A stretch of 46,204 bases of DNA, taken from Raillietiella orientalis. Taxonomy: Eukaryota. Below the pieces are notes generated by a model, which was given only the letters and a program-made list of their open reading frames with translations, had not been told where the DNA came from and searched no databases. The DNA lies in contig JAYWIR010000171.1 of assembly GCA_036172245.1 (NCBI GenBank), forward strand, positions 1-46,204, in the 5' to 3' direction. Below, piece by piece: positions 10,021 through 23,525 of the stretch. Position numbers and translations under genes: made by a program. How positions within the stretch are numbered: the stretch's first letter is position 1; each line of letters starts with the position of its first letter.

Positions 10021-11700
10021 TAGCCGTGAAAACGTAACAGAGACCAAAGTGCCCCACCCTAAGGAAAGGACGCACTCATCTCAAGGTTTTCTGAATCCAG
10101 TCAAATGGACGTTTGTGCGGGTATCTATGACGGTAATTTTCAACTCACTGCAAATGGACGCTTCGGTGAGAGGCACAAAAGTGCAAAGGTGTCATCTGCT
10201 GATTTCGAATTAATTACAAACCCTTGAACCTCCAAATTCGGTCCACATAATGAATCAAATTGACGGAAAAAATTCCCTTTCTAATTCTGACTCTGGTAAC
10301 CATGAAAACGAAACAGAGTCCAAAGTGCCCCACCCTAAGGAAAGGACGCACTCATCTCAATGTTCTTCTGAACCCAGTCAAATGGACGTTTGTGCGGCTA
10401 TCCATGCCACGAATTTGCCGCTCGCTGCAAATGGACGCTTCGGGGAGAGGAGCAAAAGTTCAAAGGAGTCATCTACTGATTTCGAGTTGATTACAAACCC
10501 TTAAACGTCCAACTTCGCTCCACATTATGAATCAAAGTGAAGAAAAACCTTCCCTTTCTAATTCCGACACTGGTAACCATGAAAACGAAACAGAGTCCAA
10601 AGTGCCCCACCCTAAGGAAAGGACACACTCATCTCAATGTTCTTCTGAACCCAGTCAAATGGACGTATGTGCAGCTATCCATGCCACGAATTTCCCGCTC
10701 GCTGCAAATGGACGCTTCGGGGAGAGGCGCAAAAGTGCAAAGGTGTCATGTGCTGATTTCGAATTGATTACAAACCCTTAAACGTCCAAATTCGGTCCAT
10801 ATAATGAATCAAAGTGAACGAAAACCTTCCCTTTCTGATTCCGACACTGGTGACCATGAAAACGAAACAGAGACCAAAGTGCCCCACCCGAAGGAAAGGA
10901 CGCACTCATCTAAGGGTTTTCTGAATCCAGTCAAATGGAAGTTTGTGCGGGTATCTATGACGGTAATTTTCAACTCACTGCAAATGGACGCTTCGGTGAG
11001 AGGCACAAAAGTGCAAAGGTGTCATCTGCTGATTTCGAATTAATTACAAACCCTTGAACCTCCAAATTCGGTCCACATAATGAATCAAATTGACGGAAAA
11101 AATTCCCTTTCTAATTCTGACACTGGTAACCATGAAAACGAAACAGAATCCAAAGTGCCCCACCCTAAGGAAAGGACGCACTCATCTCAATGTTCTTCTG
11201 AACCCAGTCAAATGGACGTTTGTGCGGCTATCCATGCCACGAATTTGCCGCTCGCTGCAAATGGACGCTTCGGGGAGAGGAGCAAAAGTTCAAAGGAGTC
11301 ATCTACTGATTTCGAGTTGATTACAAACCCTTAAACGTCCAACTTCGGTCCACATTATGAATCAAAGTGAAGAAAAACCTTCCCTTTCTAATTCCGAAAC
11401 TGGTAACCATGAAAACGAAACAGAGTCCAAAGTGCCCCACCCTAAGGAAAGGACGCACTCATCTCAATGTTCTTCTGAACCCAGTCAAATGGACGTATGT
11501 GCAGCTATCCATGCCACGAGTTTGCCGCTCGCTGCACATGGACGCTTCGGAGAGAGGCGCAAAAGTGCAAAGGTGTCATCTGCTGATTTCGAATTGATTA
11601 CAAACCCTTAAACGTCCAAATTCGGTCCATATAATGAATCAAAGTGAAGGAAAACCTTCCCTTTCTGATTCCGACACTGGTGACCATGAAAACGAAACAG
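10021..11700 (+). repeat. Dispersed copy of the block ~3674-5350 (offset 6347 bp, 23 monomers)
   Basis: Shared private variants: TAGCCGTGAAAACGTAA (3674/10021), CTGACTCTGG (monomers 3903/10250), CAGAATCC (4733/11080), and CCGAAACTGG plus GAGTTTG..GCACATGG (5010/11357). The end coordinate is approximate. Confidence 0.88.
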
Positions 11701-11909
11701 AGACCAAAGTGCCCCACCCGAAGGAAAGGACGCACTCATCTCAAGGTTTTCTGAATCCAGTCAAATGGACGTATGTGCAGCTATCCATGCCACGAATTTC
11801 CCGCTCGCTGCAAATGGACGCTTCGGGGAGAGGCGCAAAAGTGCAAAGGTGTCATCTGCTGATTTCGAATTGATTACAAACCTTTAAACGTCCAAATTCG
11901 GTCCACATA

Positions 11910-14402
11910 ATGAATCAAATTTACGGAAAACATTCCCTTTCTAATTCCGACACTGGTAGCCATGAAAACGAAACAGAGACCAAAGTGCCCCACCCTAAGG
12001 AAAGGACGCACTCATCTCAATGTTCTTCTGAAGCCAGTCAAATGTACGTATGTGCAGCTATCCATGCCACGAATTTCCCGCTCGCTGCAAATGGACGCTT
12101 CGGGGAGAGGCGCAAAAGTGCAAAGGTGTCATCTGCTGATTTCGAATTGATTACAAACCTTCAAAAGTCCAAATTCGGTCCACATAATGAATCAAATTTA
12201 CGGAAAACATTCCCTTTCTAATTCCGACACTGGTAGCCATGAAAACGAAACAGAGACCAAAGTGCCCCACCCTAAGCAAAGGACGCACTCATCTCAATGT
12301 TCTTCTGAATCCAGTCAAATGGAAGTTTGTGCAGCTATCCATGCCACGAATTTCCCGCTCGCTGCAAATGGACGCTTCGGGGAGAGGCGCAAAAGTGCAA
12401 AGGTGTCATCTGCTGATTTCGAATTGATTACAAACCTTCAAACGTCCAAATTCGGTCCACATAATGAATCAAATTTACGGAAAACATTCCCTTTCTAATT
12501 CCGACACTGGTAGCCATGAAAACGAAACAGAGACCAAAGTGCCCCACCCTAAGGAAAGGACGCGCTCATCTCAATGTTCTTCTGAAGCCAGTCAAATGTA
12601 CGTATGTGCAGCTATCCATGCCACGAATTTCCCGCTCGCTGCAAATGGACGCTTCGGGGAGAGGCGCAAAAGTGCAAAGGTGTCATCATCTGATTTCGAA
12701 TTGATTACAAACCTTCAAAAGTCCAAATTCGGTCCACATAATGAATCAAATTTACGGAAAACATTCCCTTTCTAATTCCGACACTGGTAGCCATGAAAAC
12801 GAAACAGAGACCAAAGTGCCCCACCCTTTAGCAAAGGACGCACTCATCTCAAGGTTTTCTGAATCCAGTCAAAAGGACGTATGTGCAGCTATCCATGCCA
12901 CGAATTTCCCGCTCGCTGCAAATGGACGCTTCGATGAGAGGCGCAAAAGTGCAAAGGTGTCATCTGCTGATTTCGAATTGATTACAAACCTTCAAACGTC
13001 CAAATTCGGTCCACATAATGAATCAAATTTACGGAAAACATTCCCTTTCTAATTCCGACACTGGTAGCCATGAAAACGAAACAGAGTCCAAAGTGCCCCA
13101 CCCTAAGGAAAGGACGCACTCATCTCAATGTTCTTCTGAACCCAGTCAAATGGACGTATGTGCAGCTATCCATGCCACGAATTTCCCGCTCGCTGCAAAT
13201 GGACGCTTCGGGGAGAGGCGCAAAAGTGCAAAGGTGTCATCTGCTGACTTCGAATTGATTACAAACCTTCAAACGTCCAAATTCGGTCCACATAATGAAT
13301 CAAATTTACGGAAAACATTCCCTTTCTAATTCCGACACTGGTAGCCATGAAAACGAAACAGAGTCCAAAGTGCCCCACCCTAAGGAAAGGACGCACTCAT
13401 CTCAATGTTCTTCTGAACCCAGTCAAATGGACGTATGTGCAGCTATCCATGCCACGAATTTCCCGCTCGCTGCAAATGGACGCTTCGGGGAGAGGCGCAA
13501 AAGTGCAAAGGTGTCATCTGCTGACTTCGAATTGATTACAAACCTTCAAACGTCCAAATTCGGTCCACATAATGAATCAAATTTACGGAAAACATTCCCT
13601 TTCTAATTCCGACACTGGTAGCCATGAAAACGAAAATGAGACCAAAGTGCCCCACCCTAAGGAAAGGACGGGCTCATCTTAATGTTCTTCTGAAGCCAGT
13701 CAAATGTACGTATGTGCAGCTATCCATGCCACGAATTTCCCGCTCGCTGCAAATGGACGCTTCGGGGAGAGGCGCAAAAGTGCAAAGGTGTCATCTGCTG
13801 ATTTCGAATTGATTACAAACCTTCAAACGTTCAAATTCGGTCCACATAATGAATCAAATTTACGGAAAACATTCCCTTTCTAATTCCGACACTGGTAGCC
13901 ATGAAAACGAAACAGAGACCAAAGTGCCCCACCCTAAGGAAAGGACGCGCTCATCTCAATGTTCTTCTGAAGCCAGTCAAATGTACGTATGTGCAGCTAT
14001 CCATGCCACGAATTTCCCGCTCGCTGCAAATGGACGCTTCGGGGAGAGGCGCAAAAGTGCAAAGGTGTCATCTGCTGATTTCGAATTGATTACAAACCTT
14101 CAAACGTCCAAATTCGGTCCACATAATGAATCAAATTTACGGAAAACCTTCTCTTTCTAATTCCGACACTGGTAACCATGAAAACGAAACAGAGTCCAAA
14201 GTGCCCTACCCTAAGGAAAGGACGCACTCATCTCAATGTTCTTCTGAACCCAGTCAAATGGACGTATGTGCAGCTATCCATGCCACGAATTTCCCGCTCG
14301 CTGCAAATCGACGCTTCGAGGGGAGGCGCAAAAGTGCAAAGGTGTCATCTGCTGATTTCGAATTCATTACAAACCCTTAAACGTCCCAATTCGGTCCATA
14401 TA
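11910..14402 (+). repeat. Run of nine 277-bp monomers with the ATTTACGGA head, including an apparently identical adjacent pair (13018-13294, 13295-13571)
   Basis: Starts at 11910, 12187, 12464, 12741, 13018, 13295, 13572, 13849 and 14126, all 277 apart. The private CTGACTTCG variant was seen only in monomers 13018 and 13295. Confidence 0.9.
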
Positions 14403-16340
14403 ATGAATCAAAGTGAAGGAAAACCTTCCCTTTCTAATTCCGACACTGGTGACCATGAAAACGAAACAGAGACCAAAGTGCCCCACCCGAAGGAAAGGAC
14501 GCACTCATCTCATGGTTTTCTGAATCCAGTCAAATGGACGTATGTGCAGCTATCCATGCCACGAATTTGCCGTTCCCTGCAAATGGACGCTTCGGGGAGA
14601 GGCGCAAAAGTGCAAAGATGTCATGTGCTGATTTCGAATTGATTACAAACCCTAAAACGTCCAAATTCGGTCCATGTAATGAATCAAAGTGAAGGAAAAC
14701 CTTCCCTTTCTGATTCCGACACTGGTGACCATGAAAACGAAACAGAGTCCAAAGTGCCCCACCCTAAGGAAAGGACGCACTCATCTCAATGTTCTTCTGA
14801 ACCCAGTCAAATGGACGTATGTGCAGCTATCCATGCCACGAATTTCCCGCTCGCTGCAAATGGACGCTTCGGGGAGAGGCGCAAAAGTGCAAAGGTGTCA
14901 TCTGCTGATTTCGAATTGATTACAAACCTTCAAAAGTCCAAATTCGGTCCACATAATGAATCAAATTTACGGAAAACATTCCCTTTCTAATTCCGACACT
15001 GGTAGCCATGAAAACGAAACAGAGACCAAAGTGCCCCACTCTAAGCAAAGGACGCACTCATCTCAATGTTCTTCTGAACCCAGTCAAATGTACGTATGTG
15101 CAGCTATCCATGCCACGAATTTCCCGCTCGCTGCAAATGGACGCTTCGGGGAGAGGCGCAAAAGTGCAAAGGTGTCATCTGCTGATTTCGAATTGATTAC
15201 AAACCTTCAAAAGTCCAAATTCGGTCCACATAATGAATCAAATTTACGGAAAACATTCCCTTTCTAATTCCGACACTGGTAGCCATGAAAACGAAACAGA
15301 GACCAAAGTGCCCCACCCTAAGCAAAGGACGCACTCAACTCAATGTTCTTCTGAATCCAGTCAAATGGAAGTTTGTGCGGGTATCTATGACGGTAATTTT
15401 CAACTCACTGCAAATGGACGCTTCGTTGAGAGGCACAAAAGTGCAAAGGTGTCATCTGCTGATTTCGAATTAATTACAAACCCTTGAACCTCCAAATTCG
15501 GTCCACATAATGAATCAAATTTACGAAAAAAAATACCCTTTCTAATTCCGACACTGGTAGCCATGAAAACGTAACAGAGACCAAAGTGCCCCACCCTAAG
15601 GAAAGGACGCACTCATCTCAAGGTTTTCTGAATCCAGTCAAATGGACGTTTGTGCGGGTATCTATGACGGTAATTTTCAACTCACTGCAAATGGACGCTT
15701 CGTTGAGAGGCACAAAAGTGCAAAGGTGTCATCTGCTGATTTCGAATTAATTACAAACCCTTGAACCTCCAAATTCGGTAAACATAATGAATCAAATTGA
15801 CGGAAAAAATTCCCTTTCTAATTCTGACACTGGTAACCATGAAAACGAAACAGAGTCCAAAGTGCCCCACCCTAAGGAAAGGACGCACTCATCTCAATGT
15901 TCTTCTGAACCCAGTCAAATGGACGTATGTGCAGCTATCCATGCCACGAATTTCCCGCTCGCTGCAAATGGACGCTTCGGGGAGAGGCGCAAAAGTGCAA
16001 AGGTGTCATCTGCTGATTTCGAATTGATTACAAACCTTCAAACGTCCAAATTCGGTCCACATAATGAATCAAATTTACGGAAAACATTCCCTTTCTAATT
16101 CCGACACTGGTAGCCATGAAAACGAAACAGAGACCAAAGTGCCCCACCCTAAGGAAAGGACGGGCTCATCTTAATGTTCTTCTGAAGCCAGTCAAATGTA
16201 CGTATGTGCAGCTATCCATGCCACGGATTTCCCGTTCGCTGCAAATGCAAGCTTCGGGGAGAGAAACAAAAGTGCAAAGGTGTCATCTGCTGATTTCGAA
16301 TTCATTACAAACCCTTAAACGTCCCAATTCGGTCCATATA

Positions 16341-17446
16341 ATGAATCAAAGTGAAGGAAAACCTTCCCTTTCTAATTCCGACACTGGTGACCATGAAAAC
16401 GAAACAGAGACCAAAGTGCCCCACCCGAAGGAAAGGACGCACTCATCTCAAGGTTTTCTGAATCCAGTCAAATGGACGTATGTGCAGCTATCCATGCCAC
16501 GAATTTGCCGTTCCCTGCAAATGGACGCTTCGGGGAGAGGCGCAAAAGTGCAAAGATGTCATGTGCTGATTTCGAATTGATTACAAACCCTTAAACGTCC
16601 AAATTCGGTCCATGTAATGAATCAAAGTGAAGGAAAACCTTCCCTTTCTGATTCCGACACTGGTGACCATGAAAACGAAACAGAGTCCAAAGTGCCCCAC
16701 CCTAAGGAAAGGACGCACTCATCTCAATGTTCTTCTGAACCCAGTCAAATGGACGTATGTGCAGCTATCCATGCCACGAATTTCCCGCTCGCTGCAAATC
16801 GACGCTTCGAGGGGAGGCGCAAAAGTGCAAAGGTGTCATCTGCTGATTTCGAATTCATTACAAACCCTTAAACGTCCCAATTCGGTCCATATAATGAATC
16901 AAAGTGAAGGAAAACCTTCCCTTTCTAATTCCGACACTGGTGACCATGAAAACGAAACAGAGACCAAAGTGCCCCACCCTAAGGAAAGGACGCACTCATC
17001 TCAAGGTTTTCTGAATCCAGTCAAATGGACGTATGTGCAGCTATCCATGCCACGAATTTGCCGTTCCCTGCAAATGGACGCTTCGGGGAGAGGCGCAAAA
17101 GTGCAAAGATGTCATGTGCTGATTTCGAATTGATTACAAACCCTTAAACGTCCAAATTCGGTCCATGTAATGAATCAAAGTGAAGGAAAACCTTCCCTTT
17201 CTGATTCCGACACTGGTGACCATGAAAACGAAACAGAGTCCAAAGTGCCCCACCCTAAGGAAAGGACGCACTCATCTCAATGTTCTTCTGAACCCAGTCA
17301 AATGGACGTATGTGCAGCTATCCATGCCACGAATTTCCCGCTCGCTGCAAATGGACGCTTCGGGGAGAGGCGCAAAAGTGCAAAGGTGTCATCTGCTGAT
17401 TTCGAATTGATTACAAACCTTTAAACGTCCAAATTCGGTCCACATA
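16341..17446 (+). repeat. Tandem 2-monomer duplication (553 bp x2), related to the block at ~14300-14955
   Basis: Markers CCGTTCCCTG, AAAGATGTC and CCATGTAATG occur in monomers 16341, 16894 and 14403, each preceded by a GAATTCATT..CGTCCCAAT tail. Confidence 0.85.
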
Positions 17447-20400
17447 ATGAATCAAATTTACGAAAAAAAATACCCTTTCTAATTCCGACACTGGTAGCCA
17501 TGAAAACGAAACAGAGACCAAAGTGCCCCACCCTAAGCAAAGGACGCACTCATCTCAATGTTCTTCTGAACCCAGTCAAATGTACGTATGTGCAGCTATC
17601 CATGCCACGAATTTCCCGTTCGCTGCAAATGCACGCTTCGGGGAGAGGCGCAAAAGTGCAAAGGTGTCATCTGCTGATTTCGAATTGATTATAAACCCTT
17701 AAACGTCCAAATAAGGGCCACTTAATGAATCAAAGAGAAGAAAAGATTCCCTTTCTTCTTTCGACACCGGTAACCATGAAAACGAAAAAGAGTCCAAAGT
17801 GCCCCACCCTAAGGAAAGGACGCACTCATCTCAATGTTCTTCTGAACCCAGTCAAATGGACGTTTGTGCAGCTATCCATGCCACGAATTTCCCGCTCGCT
17901 GCAAATGGACGCTTCGGGGAGAGGCGCAAAAGTGCAAAGGTGTCATCTGCTGATTTCGAATTAATTACAAACCCTTACATGTCAAAATTCGGTCCATATA
18001 ATGAATCAAATTGAAAGAATACCTTCCCTTTCTAATTGCGACACTGGTACCCATGAAAACGAAACAGAGTCCAAAGTGCCCCACCCTAAGGAAAGGACGG
18101 GCTCATCTCAATGTTCTTCTGAATCCAGTCAAATGCACGTTTGTGCGGGTATCCATGACGGTAATTTTCAACTCACTGCAAATGGACGCTTCAGGGGGAG
18201 GCGCAAAAGTGCAAAGGTGTCATCTGCTGATTTCGAATTGATTACAAACCTTCAAAAGTCCAAATTCGGTCCACATAATGAATCAAATTTACGGAAAACA
18301 TTCCCTTTCTAATTCCGACACTGGTAGCCATGAAAACGAAACAGAGACCAAAGTGCCCCACCCTAAGCAAAGGACGCACTCATCTCAATGTTCTTCTGAA
18401 CCCAGTCAAATGTACGTATGTGCAGCTATCCATGCCACGAATTTCCCGTTCGCTGCAAATGCACGCTTCGGGGAGAGGCACAAAAGTGCAAAGGTGTCAT
18501 CTGCTGATTTCGAATTGATTACAAACCTTCAAAAGTCCAAATTCGGTCCACATAATGAATCAAATTTACGGAAAACATTCCCTTTCTAATTCCGACACTG
18601 GTAGCCATGAAAACGAAACAGAGACCAAAGTGCCCTACCGTAAGGAAAGGACGCACTCATCTCAATGTTCTTCTGAATCCAGTCAAATGCACGTTTGTGC
18701 GGCTATCCATGCCACGAATTTGCCGCTCGCTGCAAATGGACGCTTCAGGGGGAGGCGCAAAAGTGCAAAGGTGTCATCTGCTGATTTCGAATTGATAAAA
18801 ACCCTTAAACGTCCAAATTCGGTCCACATAATGAATCAAAGTGAAGAAAAACCTTCCCTTTCTAATTCCGACACTGGTAGCCATGAAAACGTAACAGAGA
18901 CCAAAGTGCCCCACCCTAAGGAAAGGACGCACTCATCTCAAGGTTTTCTGAATCCAGTCAAATGGACGTTTGTGCGGGTATCTATGACGGTAATTTTCAA
19001 CTCACTGCAAATGGACGCTTCGGAGAGAGGCACAAAAGTGCAAAGGTGTCATCTGCTGATTTCGAATTAATTACAAACCCTTGAACCTCCAAATTCGGTC
19101 CACATGATGAATCAAATTGACGGAAAAAATTCCCTTTTTAATTCTGACACTGGTAACCATGAAAACGAAACAGAGTCCAAAGTGCCCCACCCTAAGGAAA
19201 GGACGCACTCATCTCAATGTTCTTCTGAACCCAGTCAAATGGACGTTTGTGCGGCTATCCATGCCACGAATTTTCCGATCGCTGCAAATGGACGCTTCGG
19301 GGAGAGGAGCAAAAGTTCAAAGGAGTCATCTACTGATTTCGAGTTGATTACAAACCCTTAAACGTCCAACTTCGGTCCACATTATGAATCAAAGTGAAGA
19401 AAAACCTTCCCTTTCTAATTCCGACACTGGTGACCATGAAAACGAAACAGAGACCAAAGTGCCCCACCCGAAGGAAAGGACGCACTCATCTCAAGGTTTT
19501 CTGAATCCAGTCAAATGGACGTATGTGCAGCTATCCATGCCACGAATTTCCCGCTCGCTGCAAATGGACGCTTCGGGGAAAGGCGCAAAAGTGCAAAGGT
19601 GTCATGTGCTGATTTCGAATTGATTACAAACCCTTAAACGTCCAAATTCGGTCCATATAATGAATCAAAGTGAACGAAAACCTTCCCTTTCTGATTCCGA
19701 CACTGGTGACCATGAAAACGAAACAGAGTCCAAAGTGCCCCACCCTAAGGAAAGCACGCACTCATCTCAATGTTCTTCTGAACGCAGTCAACTAGACGTA
19801 TGTGCGGCTATCCATGACGCTAATTTGCAACTCACTGCAAATGGACGCTTCGGTTAGAGGCTCAAAAGTGCAAAGGGGTCATCTGCTGATTTCGAATTGA
19901 TTAGGAACCCTTAAACGTCCAAATTCGGTCCACATAATGAATCAAATTGACGGAAAGCATTCCCGTACTAATTCCGACACTGGTAACCATGAAAACGAAA
20001 CAGAGTCTAAAGTGCCCCACCCTAAGGAAAGGACGCACTCATCTCAATGTTCTTCTGAACCCAGTCAAATGGACGTTTGTGCGGCTATCCATGCCACGAG
20101 TTTGCCGCTCGCTGCACATGCACGCTTCGGAAAGAGGCGCAAAGTGCAAAGGTGTCATCTGCTGATTTCGAATTGATTACAAACCCTTAAACGTCCAAAT
20201 TCGGTCCATATAATGAATCAAAGTGAAGGAAAACCTTCCCTTTCTGATTCCGACACTGGTGACCATGAAAACGAAACAGAGACCAAAGTGCCCCACCCGA
20301 AGGAAAGGACGCACTCATCTCAAGGTTTTCTGAATCCTGTCAAATGGACGTATGTGCAGCTATCCATGCCACGAATTTGCCGTTCGCTGCAAATGGACGC

Positions 20401-21593
20401 TTCGGGGAGAGGCGCAAAAGTGCAAAGGTGTCATCTGCTGATTTCGAATTGATTACAAACCCTTAAACGTCCAAATTCGGTCCATATAATGAATCAAAGT
20501 GAAGGAAAACCTTCCCTTTCTGATTCCGACACTGGTGACCATGAAAACGAAACAGAGACCAAAGTGTCCCACCCGATGCAAAGGACGCACTCATCTCAAG
20601 GTTTTCTGAATCCATTCAAATGGACGTATGTGCAGCTATCCACGCCACGAGTTTGCCGCTCGCGGCACATGGACGCTTCGGAGAGAGGTGCAAAAGTGCA
20701 AAGGTGTCATCTGCTGATTTCGAATTGATTACAAACCTTTAAACGTCCAAATTCGGTCCATATAATGAATCAAAGTGAAGGAAAACCTTCCCTTTCTGAT
20801 TCCGACACTGGTGACCATGAAAACGAAACAGAGACCAAAGTGCCCCACCCGAAGGAAAGGACGCACTCATCTCAAGGTTTTCTGAATCCAGTCAAATGGA
20901 CGTATGTGCAGCTATCCATGCCACGAATTTGCCGTTCGCTGCAAATGGACGCTTCGGGGAGAGGCGCAAAAGTGCAAAGGTGTCATGTGCTGATTTCGAA
21001 TTGATTACAAACCCTTAAACGTCCAAATTCGGTCCACATAATGAATCAAATTTACGGAAAACATTCCCTTTCTAATTCCGACACTGGTAGCCATGAAAAC
21101 GTAACAGAGACCAAAGTGCCCCACCCTAAGGAAAGGACGCACTCATGTCAAGGTTTTCTGAATCCAGTCAAATGTACGTATGTGCAGCTATCCATGCCAC
21201 GAATTTCCCGCTCGCTGCAAATGGACGCTATGGGGAGAGGCGCAAAAGTGCAAAGGTGTCATCTGCTGATTTCGAATTAATTACAAACCCTTGAACCTCC
21301 AAATTCGGTCCACATAATAAATCAAATTGACGGAAAAAATTCCCTTTCTAATTCTGACACTGGTAACCATGAAAACGAAACAGAGTCCAAAGTGCCCCAC
21401 CCTAAGCAAAGGACGCACTCATCTCAATGTTCTTCTGAACCCAGTCAAATGGACGTTTGTGCGGCTATCCATGCCACGAATTTGCCGCTCGCTGCAAATG
21501 GACGCTTCGGGGAGAGGAGCAAAAGTTCAAAGGAGTCATCTACTGATTTCGAGTTGATTACAAACCCTTAAACGTCCAACTTCGGTCCACTTT

Positions 21594-23249
21594 ATGAATC
21601 AAAGTGAAGAAAAACCTTCCCTTTCTAATTCCGACACTGGTAACCATGAAAACGAAACAAAGTCCAAAGTGCCCCACCCTAAGGAAAGGACGCACTCATC
21701 TCAATGTTCTTCTGAACCCAGACAAATGGACGTATGTGCAGCTATCCATGCCACGAGTTTGCCGCTCGCTGCACATGGACGCTTCGGAGAGAGGCGCAAA
21801 GTGCAAAGGTGTCATCTGCTGATTTCGAATTGATTACAAACCCTTAAACGTCCAAATTCGGTCCATATAATGAATCAAAGTGAAGGAAAACCTTCCCTTT
21901 CTGATTCCGACACTGGTGACCATGAAAACGAAACAGAGACCAAAGTGTCCCACCCGATGCAAAGGACGCACTCATCTCAAGGTTTTCTGAATCCATTCAA
22001 ATGGACGTATGTGCAGCTATCCACGCCACGAGTTTGCCGCTCGCGGCACATGGACGCTTCGGAGAGAGGTGCAAAAGTGCAAAGGTGTCATCTGCTGATT
22101 TCGAATTGATTACAAACCTTTAAACGTCCAAATTCGGTCCATATAATGAATCAAAGTGAAGGAAAACCTTCCCTTTCTGATTCCGACACTGGTGACCATG
22201 AAAACGAAACAGAGACCAAAGTGCCCCACCCGAAGGAAAGGACGCACTTATCTCAAGGTTTTCTGAATCCAGTCAAATGGACGTTTGTGCAGCTATCCAT
22301 GCCACGAATTTCCCGCTCGCTGCAAATGGACGCTTCGGGGAGAGATGCAAAAGTGCAAAGGTGTCATCTGCTGATTTCGAATTGATTACAAACCTTTAAA
22401 CGTCCAAATTCGGTCCTCATAATGAATCAAAGTGAACGAAAACCTTCCCTTTCTGATTCCGACACTGGTGACCATGAAAACGAAACAGAGACCAAAGTGC
22501 CCCACCCTAAGGAAAGGACGCACTCATCTCAATGTTCTTCTGAACCCAGACAAATGGACGTATGTGCAGCTATCCATGCCACGAGTTTGCCGCTCGCTGC
22601 ACATGGACGCTTCGGAGAGAGGCGCAAAGTGCAAAGGTGTCATCTGCTGATTTCGAATTGATTACAAACCCTTAAACGTCCAAATTCGGTCCATATAATG
22701 AATCAAAGTGAAGGAAAACCTTCCCTTTCTGATTCCGACACTGGTGACCATGAAAACGAAACAGAGACCAAAGTGCCCCACCCGAAGGAAAGGACGCACT
22801 CATCTCAAGGTTTTCTGAATCCAGTCAAATGGACGTATGTGCAGCTATCCATGCCACGAATTTGCCGTTCGCTGCAAATGGACACTTCGGGGAGAGGCGC
22901 AAAAGTGCAAAGGTGTCATGTGCTGATTTCGAATTGATTACAAACCCTTAAACGTCCAAATTCGGTCCATATAATGAATCAAAGTGAACGAAAACCTTCC
23001 CTTTCTGATTCCGACACTGGTGACCATGAAAACGAAACAGAGACCAAAGTGCCCCACCCGAAGGAAAGGACGCACTTATCTCAAGGTTTTCTGAATCCAG
23101 TCAAATGGACGTTTGTGCAGCTATCCATGCCACGAATTTCCCGCTCGCTGCAAATGGACGCTTCGGGGAGAGGTGCAAAAGTGCAAAGGTGTCATCTGCT
23201 GATTTCGAATTGATTACAAACCTTTAAACGTCCAAATTCGGTCCACATA
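21594..23249 (+). repeat. Imperfect 3-monomer duplication, period 828 bp (3 x 276)
   Basis: AACCCAGACAAAT plus the CGCAAAGT 1-bp deletion are in monomers 21594 and 22422, and GCACTTATCTC is in 22146 and 22974. The middle monomers differ. Confidence 0.7.
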
Positions 23250-23525
23250 ATGAATCAAATTTACGGAAAACCTTCCCTTTCTGATTCCGACACTGGTGAC
23301 CATGAAAACGAAACAGAGACCAAAGTGCCCCACCCGAAGGAAAGGACGCACTCATCTCAAGGTTTTCTGAATCCAGTCAAATGGACGTATGTGCAGCTAT
23401 CCATGCCACGAATTTCCCGCTCGCTGCAAATGGACGCTTCGGGGAGAGGTGCAAAAGTGCAAAGGTGTCATCTGCTGATTTCGAATTGATTACAAACCTT
23501 TAAACGTCCAAATTCGGTCCACATA

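Noticed and set aside
14647..14655. Plant telo-box AAACCCTAA, and the telomere-like AAACCCTTAAA in most monomers
   Set aside because: A single degenerate unit per monomer, never tandem. The perfect match is a one-off point variant.
15421..15437. CENP-B box-like CTTCGTTGAGAGGCACA
   Set aside because: It matches the first 8 nt of the canonical CTTCGTTGGAAACGGGA but lacks the essential A and CGGG positions, and was seen in only two monomers.
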